Made by a program: the position numbers and the translations under genes. Positions 17,481 to 28,526 of a stretch of 34,739 nucleotides of DNA are shown piece by piece. The stretch lies in NCBI GenBank assembly GCA_905214155.1, contig CAJMLC010000001.1, forward strand, positions 1 through 34,739, in the 5' to 3' direction. Below the pieces are notes generated by a model. It was not told where the DNA came from. It did not search any database and saw only the letters and a list, made by a program, of their open reading frames with translations. The number at the start of each line of letters is the position of its first letter. Position 1 is the first letter of the stretch. This stretch comes from an uncultured bacterium. GTDB taxonomy: Bacteria > Bacillota > Clostridia > Oscillospirales > Oscillospiraceae.

Positions 17481-17511
17481 ATATTTACAAATATTAAGAG
17501 GAGAATGACAA

Positions 17512-18735
17512 ATGGGTATTTATGAAGAACTGCAGGCGCGGGGGCTGATCGCGCAGGTGACGGATGAAGAACACATCCGCGACATGGTGAACAACGGCAA
17601 GGCTACGTTCTACATTGGCTTTGACTGCACGGCGGACAGCCTGCACGTGGGCCACTTTATGGCGCTCTGCCTGATGAAGCGGCTGCAGATGGCAGGCAAC
17701 CGGCCGATCGCGCTGATCGGCGGCGGCACGACAATGATCGGCGACCCGTCCGGCCGGACGGACATGCGCAAGATGCTGACGAAAGAGGACATCGACCACA
17801 ACGCGGCCTGCTTCAAGAAGCAGATGGAGCGGTTCATCGACTTCGGGCCGGGCAAGGCCATGATGCTGAACAACGCGGAATGGCTGATGAACCTCAACTA
17901 CATCGAGCTGCTGCGCGAAGTCGGCGCGTGCTTCTCGGTGAACAACATGCTGCGCGCCGAGTGCTACAAGCAGCGCATGGAGAAGGGGTTGAGCTTCCTC
18001 GAGTTCAACTACATGATCATGCAGTCCTATGACTTCTACTACATGTTCCAGCACTATGGCTGCAACATGCAGTTCGGCGGGAACGACCAGTGGTCGAACA
18101 TGCTGGGCGGCACGGAGCTGATCCGCCGCAAGCTCGGCAAGGATGCGCAGGCGATGACGATCACGCTGCTGCTGAACTCCGAGGGCAAGAAGATGGGCAA
18201 GACGGCGAGCGGCGCGGTCTGGCTCGACCCGAACAAGACCAGCCCGTTCGACTTCTACCAGTACTGGCGCAATATCGGCGACGAGGACGTGCTCAAGTGT
18301 ATCCGGATGCTGACGTTCCTGCCGCTGGAGCAGATCGACGAGATGGACAAGTGGGAAGGCAGCCAGCTGAACCGCGCGAAGGAGATCCTCGCGTTCGAGC
18401 TGACGAAGCTCGTCCACGGTGAGGAAGAGGCCCAGAAGGCCGAGGACGCGGCGAAGGCGCTGTTTGCAGGCGGCTCGGACGACTCCAACATGCCGACGAC
18501 CGAGATCACGGAAGATCAGATGACGGATGGAAAGATCGCCGTGCTCGACCTGATGCTGGCCTGCGGGCTGATCCCGTCGAAGGGCGAGGGCCGGCGGCTC
18601 GTGCAGCAGGGCGGCGTGATGGTGAACGACGAGAAGGTCGCAAACATCGACGTCAGCTTCACCGGCGAACAGCTGAAGGAAGGGCTGAAGATCCGTAAGG
18701 GCAAGAAGGTCTTCCATAAGGCGATCTTGAAATAA
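17512..18735 (+). CDS. tyrS: Tyrosine--tRNA ligase
   Basis: FYIGFDCTADSLHVGH, QSYDF, QFGGNDQW, KMGKT, C-terminal S4 domain; Tyr T-box upstream. Confidence 0.97.
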   Translation: MGIYEELQARGLIAQVTDEEHIRDMVNNGKATFYIGFDCTADSLHVGHFMALCLMKRLQMAGNRPIALIGGGTTMIGDPSGRTDMRKMLTKEDIDHNAACFKKQMERFIDFGPGKAMMLNNAEWLMNLNYIELLREVGACFSVNNMLRAECYKQRMEKGLSFLEFNYMIMQSYDFYYMFQHYGCNMQFGGNDQWSNMLGGTELIRRKLGKDAQAMTITLLLNSEGKKMGKTASGAVWLDPNKTSPFDFYQYWRNIGDEDVLKCIRMLTFLPLEQIDEMDKWEGSQLNRAKEILAFELTKLVHGEEEAQKAEDAAKALFAGGSDDSNMPTTEITEDQMTDGKIAVLDLMLACGLIPSKGEGRRLVQQGGVMVNDEKVANIDVSFTGEQLKEGLKIRKGKKVFHKAILK

Positions 18736-18743
18736 GAAACATG

Positions 18744-18780
18744 ACCCGGGCGCGAAGGAATTCGCGTCCGGGTGTTTTCT
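18744..18780 (+). terminator. Intrinsic terminator after tyrS
   Basis: ACCCGGGCGCGAA-GGAA-TTCGCGTCCGGGT-GTTTTCT. Confidence 0.85.
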
Positions 18781-18810
18781 TGTGTATGGAAGGGCGAGCC
18801 GGCCCGCCCG

Positions 18811-18888
18811 ACAATCCCTCAGTCAGCTTCGCTGACAGCTCCCTTTACACAAGGGAGCCTTTGGGCCGATGATGGCATCGGCCCCTAC
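18811..18888. repeat. REP-like palindrome cluster 3
   Basis: ACAATCCCTCAGTCAGCTTCGCTGACAGCTCCCTTTACACAAGGGAGCC plus GGGCCGATGATGGCATCGGCCCCTAC. Confidence 0.85.
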
Positions 18889-18954
18889 AAGGTTCAATGG
18901 ATAATCGTAGAAGAGCCTATTATGAAATTCCGCTTTTCAGCGGGAAATTTCTAT

Positions 18955-18982
18955 GCTATACTGGTTCTGCGCCTCATAGGAT
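18955..18982 (+). promoter_or_regulatory. Putative sigma-E promoter of the amidase gene
   Basis: GCTATA...CATAGGAT; the -10 is identical to the one upstream of spoIIIAA. Confidence 0.5.
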
Positions 18983-18999
18983 GCTGTGAGGTGATGGGA

Positions 19000-19716
19000 A
19001 TGAAGAATCGGTCTGCGCTGGTGCTGGCGGTGTGTTTATTTACATTGGTTTTGGCGATGTGCCTCTATTCCGCGCCGCGGCTGGCGCGCGAGGCCTCGGC
19101 ATACATCCAGGCTGCGCCGGTCGTGGTGATCGACGCGGGGCACGGCGGCGAGGACGGCGGCGCGAGTTCACCAGACGGAGTGCTCGAGAGCGGACTGAAT
19201 CTGCAATTTGCGCTGCGGATGCGCGATCTGCTGCAGTTTGCGGGCGTGGAGACCGTGATGCTCCGCGAGACAGACACGGCGCTCTATTCGGATGGATGCA
19301 GCGGCATTGCGGAGAAAAAGGTCTCTGACCTCAAAAACCGCGTGCTGCAGACGAATCAGGTGCCGAACGCGGTGCTGCTCAGCGTGCATCAGAACTTTTT
19401 TACGGAAGCGAAATACCGCGGCGCGCAGGTCTTTTACGCGAAGACGGACGGGAGCCGCGAGCTGGCCGAGGCGATGCAGGCTGCGCTGCGCGCGGGCGTC
19501 GACCAGGACAATCACCGGCAGGCAAAAGCCTCGCAGGGCGTGTATCTGATGGAGCATGTGAACGGGACGGCGGTGCTGGTTGAGTGCGGCTTTTTATCGA
19601 ATGCGGCGGAGACGGCGCTTTTACAGGACGAAGGATACCAGCAGCGGCTGAGCGCGGCGGTTTGCGGCGCGCTGACCGAATGGCTGGAGGGAAGAGGAAC
19701 AGAGGATGAAGTCTAA
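19000..19716 (+). CDS. N-acetylmuramoyl-L-alanine amidase (Amidase_3, CwlD-like)
   Basis: N-terminal TM, VVIDAGHGGEDGGA, KKVSDLKNRV, LSVHQN, VLVECGFLSN. Confidence 0.88.
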   Translation: MKNRSALVLAVCLFTLVLAMCLYSAPRLAREASAYIQAAPVVVIDAGHGGEDGGASSPDGVLESGLNLQFALRMRDLLQFAGVETVMLRETDTALYSDGCSGIAEKKVSDLKNRVLQTNQVPNAVLLSVHQNFFTEAKYRGAQVFYAKTDGSRELAEAMQAALRAGVDQDNHRQAKASQGVYLMEHVNGTAVLVECGFLSNAAETALLQDEGYQQRLSAAVCGALTEWLEGRGTEDEV

Positions 19717-21067
19717 GACGGTATTTGTCTGCCGCGAATGCGGCAACGAGACGCCGCGCTGGCAGGGACAGTGTCCGGCGTGCGGGGCCTGGAACTCGAT
19801 CGTGGAGTTTGAGGACAAGAAGGCCCCGGCGCGCCAGAATGCCGTGCGCGGCCTGGCGCGGAGCGCGCCGAAGAAGCTGCGCGACGTGACGGTCGGGAAT
19901 GAGATCCGGTTTTCGACCGGGATGGGCGAGCTCGACCGGGTGCTGGGCGGCGGCGGCGTGGCCGGGTCGCTGGTGTTGGTCGGCGGTGCGCCGGGTATTG
20001 GCAAGTCGACGCTGCTGCTGCAGATTTGTTCGTATCTCGGAAAAACGGCACAGGTTCTGTATGTGTCCGGCGAAGAATCGGAGCAGCAGATCAAGCTGCG
20101 CGCGGCGCGGCTGCACGTGGATAACGACGAGCTGATGCTGCTGGCGGAGACGGATATTGACGCGATCATCGAGAGCGTCGACGCGGTGAAGCCGGACATT
20201 CTGATCGTGGACTCGATCCAGACGCTCTACCACGCGGAAAATACCTCCTCACCGGGCAGTGTGTCACAGGTGAAGGAGTGTACGATGCTGCTGATGCAGC
20301 TGGCAAAATCGACGGGCATTACGGTCTTCGTCGTTGGACACGTCAACAAGGAAGGCGCGATCGCGGGGCCGAAGGTGCTGGAGCACATGGTGGACTGCGT
20401 GCTCTATTTTGAGGGCGAGCAGACAAGCAACTATCGCATCCTGCGGGCGGTCAAGAACCGCTTTGGCTCGACAAACGAGATCGGCGTGTTCGAGATGGAA
20501 CAGAACGGACTGGTCGAGGTACCGAATCCGTCGGAGATGCTGCTCTCTGGGCGGCCGCTCCACGCGCCGGGCACGTGCGTGGCGTGCGTGATGGAGGGTT
20601 CGCGGCCGGTGATGGCCGAGATCCAGGCGCTCGTCGCGCGGACGAGCTTCAACGTGCCGCGGCGGACGACGGACGGCTTTGACTTCAACCGGGCGAATCT
20701 GCTGTTTGCGGTGCTGGAAAAGCGCGGCGGGCTGAACATCGGGATGTGCGACGGGTATATCAACGTCATCGGCGGATTGCAGCTCAATGAGCCGGCGGCA
20801 GACTTAGCATTGGTGCTGGCCGTGGCGTCGAGCTACCGCGACAAGCCGATGGACTCCGACGTGACGGCCATCGGCGAGGTCGGGCTGACAGGCGAGGTGC
20901 GCTCGGTGCTGGCTTTGCAGCAGCGGCTGGCCGAGGCGGCGCGCATCGGGTTCAAAAAATGCCTGATCCCGCGGCATGGGACAGGCAATGTACAGATCCC
21001 AGACGGGCTCGAGGTCGTGCGGGTGCGGAATATCCGGGAGGCGATCGAGTTTGCCCTGCCGGTCTGA
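19706..21067 (+). CDS. radA: DNA repair protein RadA/Sms
   Basis: CRECG...CPACG zinc finger, GAPGIGKSTLLLQ, KNRFG. Confidence 0.97.
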   Translation: MKSKTVFVCRECGNETPRWQGQCPACGAWNSIVEFEDKKAPARQNAVRGLARSAPKKLRDVTVGNEIRFSTGMGELDRVLGGGGVAGSLVLVGGAPGIGKSTLLLQICSYLGKTAQVLYVSGEESEQQIKLRAARLHVDNDELMLLAETDIDAIIESVDAVKPDILIVDSIQTLYHAENTSSPGSVSQVKECTMLLMQLAKSTGITVFVVGHVNKEGAIAGPKVLEHMVDCVLYFEGEQTSNYRILRAVKNRFGSTNEIGVFEMEQNGLVEVPNPSEMLLSGRPLHAPGTCVACVMEGSRPVMAEIQALVARTSFNVPRRTTDGFDFNRANLLFAVLEKRGGLNIGMCDGYINVIGGLQLNEPAADLALVLAVASSYRDKPMDSDVTAIGEVGLTGEVRSVLALQQRLAEAARIGFKKCLIPRHGTGNVQIPDGLEVVRVRNIREAIEFALPV

Positions 21068-21083
21068 AAAAGGGGAGAGGGAT

Positions 21084-21656
21084 ATGGAAGCGAGAGCATT
21101 GTTGGACGCGCTGCATGTGGCGGAGCGGCTGAAGGACGAGACGCGGCACTGCTATACGTCCGGCGGGCGGCATGAATCGGTCGCGGAGCACAGCTGGCGG
21201 ATTGCGCTGATGGCGTTCTGGATGAAGGATGAATTTCCCCATGTGGACATTGACAAGGTGATTCGGATGTGCCTGATCCACGATCTCGGCGAGTGCTTCA
21301 TCGGAGACATCCCGACGTTTGCCAAGACGGATGCGGACGAAGCGCGCGAGGAAGCGGAGCTGATGGCGTGGGTGCGGAGCCTGCCGGAGCCTGTTTCCGG
21401 GGAAATGTCCGCGCTCTACCGCGAGATGATCGCGCTGGAGACACCGGAGGCGAAACTTTACAAGGCGATGGACAAGCTGGAGGCCATCGTGCAGCACAAC
21501 GAATCGGACATTGCGACGTGGGAGCCGCACGAGTATCAGCTCAACATGACCTATGCGGACGACGCAGTCGCGTGGTCACCGGTATTGCGCGAACTGCGCG
21601 AAGCGATCCGGGAAGATACGAAAGAGAAGGTCGCTGCGGCGGAACAGCAGTCGTAA
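21084..21656 (+). CDS. HD-domain hydrolase (HDDC2/YfbR-like)
   Basis: ESVAEHSWR, IHDLGE, GDIP, DKLE. Confidence 0.85.
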   Translation: MEARALLDALHVAERLKDETRHCYTSGGRHESVAEHSWRIALMAFWMKDEFPHVDIDKVIRMCLIHDLGECFIGDIPTFAKTDADEAREEAELMAWVRSLPEPVSGEMSALYREMIALETPEAKLYKAMDKLEAIVQHNESDIATWEPHEYQLNMTYADDAVAWSPVLRELREAIREDTKEKVAAAEQQS

Positions 21657-21673
21657 GGCTGCTGCTCCGCCGA

Positions 21674-21702
21674 TTGACAGGATCGCGTGATTCTGATATA
21701 AT
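21674..21702 (+). promoter_or_regulatory. Sigma-A promoter of the CNNM/CorC gene
   Basis: Perfect TTGACA-17 bp-TATAAT with extended -10 TG. Confidence 0.9.
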
Positions 21703-21737
21703 GACAAAAATTGCTGTTTGGAGGTGACAGACCGCGT

Positions 21738-21809
21738 ATGGACGCAGACAGTAGCGACGAAAACCACTTGACTTGTCATATCGATGTACGGGCATATCTG
21801 CGCTGCTAG
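21738..21809 (+). CDS. Putative 23-aa leader peptide MDADSSDENHLTCHIDVRAYLRC
   Basis: Strong SD GGAGGTG (21720-21726), ATG 21738, TAG 21807-21809, inside the ~180-nt leader. Confidence 0.5.
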   Translation: MDADSSDENHLTCHIDVRAYLRC

Positions 21810-21886
21810 AGTCGTATCTAGTTGAGCGGACGTGCTTTTTGCGCATTTTAGAGGTTCTAAATTTGACAAATCAAGGAGTATCAACT

Positions 21887-23131
21887 TTGGCTACCAGTAC
21901 ATACATCATGATCATGGCTGTCTGCCTGGTCTTATCGGCCTATTTTTCCGCGACGGAGACCGCGTTTTCCTCAGTTAACACCACAAAGCTGAAGGCACTG
22001 GCCGAGAAGGGGAACAAGAAGGCCGCGCTGGCCTGCCGGCTGGAGGAACAGTACGGCAAGCTCATCTCAACTGTGCTCATCGGCAACAACATCGTGAACA
22101 TCGCGATGGCGTCGCTCGGGACGGTGATCTTCGTGCGGCAGTACGGCGATTCGGGTGCGACGATCTCCACGGTCGTGGTGACGGTGGTGGTATTGATCTT
22201 CGGAGAAATTTCGCCGAAGAGCATCGCAAAGGACTGTGCGGAGCAGTTCGCAATGTTTTCCGCGCCGTTCATCCAGTTTTTGATCTGGGTATTCACACCA
22301 CTGAATTTCCTGTTCTCGCTTTGGAAAAAGCTGCTGGCGAAGCTGTTCCGCCTGAATCCGGACAGCCGGATGTCGCAGGAGGAGCTGCTGATGCTGGTCG
22401 ACGAGGTTCAGCAGGACGGAAGCATCGACAAGAACGAGGGAGAACTGCTGAAAAATGCGATCGAGTTTTCGGAGCAGGAGGCGCAGGACATTCTCGTCCA
22501 TCGGGTCGATCTGGCGGCGCTCCCGGTCGGGTCCTCGCCGGAGGAGATCGCGGCGATGTTCTCCGAGACGAAGCATTCGCGGCTGCTGGTCTATGAGGGC
22601 AGCATCGACAATATTCTCGGGACGGTTCATCAGAAGGATTTCTACGTCGGCTGCGGCATTACGGACAAGCCGCTGCGCGAGATCTTGTCGCCGGTCATCT
22701 TCGTGCTCGAAAATGAGCCGATCAGCCAACTGCTGAAGAAATTGCAGAAGGGGAAGACACACATCGCGGTCGTGGTCGACGAATATGGCGGCACGTGCGG
22801 CATCGTGACGATGGAGGACATTCTGGAGGAGCTGGTCGGTGAGATCTGGGATGAACACGACGAGATCGAAGTGCTGCTGCACAAGACCGGCGAGGACACC
22901 TATCTGGTCGACGCGGGGATGGATCTCGAGGAGTTCTGCGAGCATTTCCACGTCAAGACAGATTCGGAGATGGTCTCAGTCAGCGGATGGGTGATGGAAC
23001 AATTTGGCCGTGTACCGGAGGCTGGCGAGGAGTTCGAATGGAATGGCCTGCACGTGCGTGTGAAACGCGTCGAGGCGCACCGCATCGAGCAGATCGAGGT
23101 GCGCTGTGATGCGGCTGTGAAACATGGATAA
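21887..23131 (+). CDS. CNNM/HlyC-CorC family transporter (DUF21 + CBS pair + CorC_HlyC; MpfA/CorB-like)
   Basis: SAYFSATETAFSS, TVLIGNNIVNI, FGEISPKS, HSRLLVY, VVDEYGGTCGIVTMEDILEELVGEIWDEHD; TTG start with SD AAGGAG. Confidence 0.92.
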   Translation: MATSTYIMIMAVCLVLSAYFSATETAFSSVNTTKLKALAEKGNKKAALACRLEEQYGKLISTVLIGNNIVNIAMASLGTVIFVRQYGDSGATISTVVVTVVVLIFGEISPKSIAKDCAEQFAMFSAPFIQFLIWVFTPLNFLFSLWKKLLAKLFRLNPDSRMSQEELLMLVDEVQQDGSIDKNEGELLKNAIEFSEQEAQDILVHRVDLAALPVGSSPEEIAAMFSETKHSRLLVYEGSIDNILGTVHQKDFYVGCGITDKPLREILSPVIFVLENEPISQLLKKLQKGKTHIAVVVDEYGGTCGIVTMEDILEELVGEIWDEHDEIEVLLHKTGEDTYLVDAGMDLEEFCEHFHVKTDSEMVSVSGWVMEQFGRVPEAGEEFEWNGLHVRVKRVEAHRIEQIEVRCDAAVKHG

Positions 23132-23136
23132 AATAA

Positions 23137-23168
23137 ACCAGACCTCTGAAAAGAGGTCTGGTGCTTTT
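23137..23168 (+). terminator. Terminator after the CNNM gene
   Basis: ACCAGACCTCT-GAAA-AGAGGTCTGGT-GCTTTT. Confidence 0.75.
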
Positions 23169-23190
23169 ATCAGCGTGTGTTTGCAGTTTG

Positions 23191-23292
23191 ACAATCCCTC
23201 CGTCAAAAATCTTCGATTTTTGACACCTCCCTTTACACAAGGGAGGCTTTCCGCTGCGGCGGGGACGGGCGGACAGAGTCGTCCGCCCCTAC
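23191..23292. repeat. REP-like palindrome cluster 4
   Basis: ACAATCCCTCC-GTCAAAAATCTTCGATTTTTGAC-ACCTCCCTTTACACAAGGGAGGC plus GGGCGGACAGAGTCGTCCGCCCCTAC. Confidence 0.85.
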
Positions 23293-23340
23293 AAAGACTC
23301 CTGGAAAATCCACGAGATCGCCACGCCAGGGTGCGCTGTA

Positions 23341-23379
23341 AAGAACGCCGCCGTATGGGAGGCATACGGCGGCGTGTTT
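23341..23379 (-). terminator. Terminator after the Clp ATPase gene (possibly bidirectional)
   Basis: 13-bp stem ACGCCGCCGTATG / CATACGGCGGCGT with T-rich flanks. Confidence 0.75.
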
Positions 23380-23384
23380 GCGTC

Positions 23385-25715
<2,331 letters not shown>

Positions 25716-25791
25716 AGAGGTATCTCCTTATCACTTCTGCACCTGAGTATATGCTGTGTACGCCCGAACTGCAACCGGCAATTTGTTCCGG

Positions 25792-26955
25792 TCACGGGAC
25801 GTAGCGCTCCGCCCGGCCGCTGCCGAGCAGCAGCGCCGTGCCGTCCGCGCGGAGGACGACGTTCGTCGCTCCGGCATCGTTGTCGGTGTGCGCGTAGAGG
25901 TGCATGGTGTTGTCATAGATCCGAAGCTGTCCGGCGGTCAGCACCGCCACATATTTTCCCGCCGCGGAAAAATCGAGGATCTGCTCGTCAAAATCCAGCG
26001 AGCCGATCGCCTCGCCCGCCGCGTCCACCGTCGTCACCTGATAACGGTTGCCTGCTTGATACATATTCAGCACCAGCGTCAGAAATCCGCTGCCGCCGAA
26101 ATCAAAATCCTTCAGATAAAAATCGGAATAATCATAGCTGCCGAGCTGTTCGCCCGCCGCCGAATACCAGCGTGCATGCTGCTCGCCCACGGCGAGGATC
26201 GTCTTCTCGTCCGCAAACGTCAGGTCGTAGATCAGCTCATTGCCGAATGAGACGGTCCCCACGGCGTCCTCCGCATCGGTACGGAAGATCTCGATGCTCG
26301 TCTCGAAGCTTCCGCCCGACTGTCCGAGCGCCGCCGCGGCCACATAGGCCGCTCCTTTATTCACCGCACAGAGCGGCAGATACTGGCTGGCGGAGAGGCG
26401 CCGGTAGATCAGGGCCTGATTTCCGTTGTAGACGTAAAGTACGCTCTTATAGCCGCTCTCGCTCGTCGAATAGCAGACGCTCCCGTCCTCGGCAAGGTCC
26501 GCATCCAGCACCGGCTTGTCCGCCGTCACATCGAGGACGCTCCCCTTTCCGGCGCGGATGACGTGCAGCGCGTAGCCGCCCACGTCATAGGCCATCACAT
26601 ACTTTCCGGCCTTGGCAATGGCCGGCGTCGCCAGCTTTTCCTGTACCATCGTGAACTCGCTGCCATCCGCCTCATAGGTCGAAATGCCGGTCGCCCCGGC
26701 GACGGCGAGGCCGCCGTCAAAGTCGGCATACTGGTTCGTGTTGCCCGCGTCGAAGAGGAACTGTCCGTCCGTCCCGCCGCCCAACACGTTCAGATAGCGG
26801 ACGAAGCGCCGCGCCGCGTCGAGATTCAGGCTGTCGCGGAACACATAAGCCGCCACGCCCAAACACACCACGAGCACCAGCACGGCGAACAGAATGATCC
26901 GCCGGACGGGCCATTTTTTCTGTTTTTCATTCAAATTGGTCACATTATCCGACAT
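25792..26955 (-). CDS. Membrane-anchored beta-propeller-like protein (DUF5711-like)
   Basis: N-terminal TM then beta-rich repeats; start chosen at MSDNV, overlapping the truA stop, with SD GGAGAGG. Confidence 0.65.
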   Translation of the reverse strand: MSDNVTNLNEKQKKWPVRRIILFAVLVLVVCLGVAAYVFRDSLNLDAARRFVRYLNVLGGGTDGQFLFDAGNTNQYADFDGGLAVAGATGISTYEADGSEFTMVQEKLATPAIAKAGKYVMAYDVGGYALHVIRAGKGSVLDVTADKPVLDADLAEDGSVCYSTSESGYKSVLYVYNGNQALIYRRLSASQYLPLCAVNKGAAYVAAAALGQSGGSFETSIEIFRTDAEDAVGTVSFGNELIYDLTFADEKTILAVGEQHARWYSAAGEQLGSYDYSDFYLKDFDFGGSGFLTLVLNMYQAGNRYQVTTVDAAGEAIGSLDFDEQILDFSAAGKYVAVLTAGQLRIYDNTMHLYAHTDNDAGATNVVLRADGTALLLGSGRAERYVP

Positions 26956-27709
26956 GGAACGAAACCTCTCCATCGTCATACCAGAGCTGTGTCATGTAAA
27001 GTCCGCCGGGCGGGACCGTCGGCCCTGCAGCCTTGCGGTCGCCGCGTTCCAGAATTTCCGCCACCGATTCCGCCGGGAACTTCCCTTCCGCCGCGTAAAC
27101 GACCGTCCCGGCCATCGCCCGCGCCATATTGTAGAGGAAGCCGTTGGCACAGACGCGCAGCGAAATGATGTCGCCCTCGCGCGCGACCTCATAATAATAG
27201 ACCGTGCGCACCGTGGACTTGACCTCCGTGCCGACCGAGCGGACGGCAGCGAAGTCGTGCGTTCCGACGAACTGGCTGCCCGCCAGCTGCATGACCTTTT
27301 CATCCAGATGCTTCGGGTAGAACCACGCGCGGTTAACATAAAACGGATCTTTGATCGCCGAATTATAGATCAGGTAGGTATATTCTTTTTTCACGCACGA
27401 ACCGATGGCGTTGAATCCCTCCGGCACCTCGCGCGCTTCCGTCACCACGATGTCAAGCGGCAGATGTGTGTTGAGTGCATAGGGCAGCCGGTCGACCGGG
27501 ATGCGCGATGTCGTGTGAAAGTTGGCGATATAGACGCGCGCATGGACGCCCGCGTCCGTCCGGCCGCAGCCAGTCACATGTACCGGATGGCCCACCACCA
27601 TCGCCACAGCCTTTTCCACCGTCTCACCGACCGTCACCTGCGTCTTCTGCACCTGCCAGCCGTGATACGCCGTGCCGAGATATTTTAATGTAATTGCGAC
27701 ATTCCGCAT
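26945..27709 (-). CDS. truA: tRNA pseudouridine(38-40) synthase
   Basis: YLGTAYHGWQ, CGRTDAGVHA, GTHDF, NGFLYNMAR. Confidence 0.96.
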   Translation of the reverse strand: MRNVAITLKYLGTAYHGWQVQKTQVTVGETVEKAVAMVVGHPVHVTGCGRTDAGVHARVYIANFHTTSRIPVDRLPYALNTHLPLDIVVTEAREVPEGFNAIGSCVKKEYTYLIYNSAIKDPFYVNRAWFYPKHLDEKVMQLAGSQFVGTHDFAAVRSVGTEVKSTVRTVYYYEVAREGDIISLRVCANGFLYNMARAMAGTVVYAAEGKFPAESVAEILERGDRKAAGPTVPPGGLYMTQLWYDDGEVSFHVG

Positions 27710-27722
27710 TTTTCAAACATCC

Positions 27723-28526
27723 TTACAGTCCAAACTGCCGCAAAACGATCATCGCGGCCAAAAACACAGCACCGACAGAAAATGCAATATAGTCCCGTTT
27801 TTCGTACTTCAGCTGGTGCAGCCGCGTGCGGCCCTCTCCGCCGTGGTAGCAGCGGCACTCCATCGCCGTTGCCAGCTCGTCGGCCCGGCGGAACGCGCTG
27901 ATGAACAGCGGCACGAGGATCGGCACGAGCGCCTTCGCCCGGGCGATCAGATTGCCGGACTCAAAATCCGCGCCGCGCGCCTTCTGCGCCGACATGATCT
28001 TATCCGTCTCCTCGATCAGCGTCGGGATGAAGCGCAGCGCGATGCACATCATCATCGCCAGCTCATGCACCGGCAGCTTGATCTTCTTGAGCGGACTGAG
28101 CAGACTTTCCAGCCCGTCTGTCAGTGAGATCGGCGAGGTCGTATAGGTTAACATAAAAGTTCCAGCCACGAGCAGCATGATCCGCAGCGCCATAAACACC
28201 GCGTTGAAGATGCCCTCTTTCGTGATCTTGAAGATCCAGAACTTCACGATCGGCTCGCCGCTGGAATAAAAGAGGTTCAGAACCGCCGTCAGAATGATGA
28301 TCAGCAGCAGCGGCTTGAGGCTCTTGAAGATGACGGACAGGTGGATCTTCGAGATCCAGATGACCGCACCCAGAAACGCCGCCACCAGCAGATATGACAC
28401 GAACCACTTCGCAAGGAACAGCACCACGATATAGAGGATCACGAAGACCAGCTTCGTCCGCGGATCGAGCTTGTGGATGGGGGTCTGTCCTGGGAAATAC
28501 TGCCCCAGCGTCACGTCCTTCAGCAT
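27723..28526 (-). CDS. ecfT: ECF transporter transmembrane component
   Basis: LDPRTK, ALRFIPTL, AQKARG, LATAMECRCY. Confidence 0.95.
   Translation of the reverse strand: MLKDVTLGQYFPGQTPIHKLDPRTKLVFVILYIVVLFLAKWFVSYLLVAAFLGAVIWISKIHLSVIFKSLKPLLLIIILTAVLNLFYSSGEPIVKFWIFKITKEGIFNAVFMALRIMLLVAGTFMLTYTTSPISLTDGLESLLSPLKKIKLPVHELAMMMCIALRFIPTLIEETDKIMSAQKARGADFESGNLIARAKALVPILVPLFISAFRRADELATAMECRCYHGGEGRTRLHQLKYEKRDYIAFSVGAVFLAAMIVLRQFGL

Noticed and set aside
21703..21886. M-box or yybP-ykoY riboswitch upstream of the CNNM gene
   Set aside because: I could not recognise their conserved motifs; reported as a uORF leader instead. An Rfam scan would settle it.
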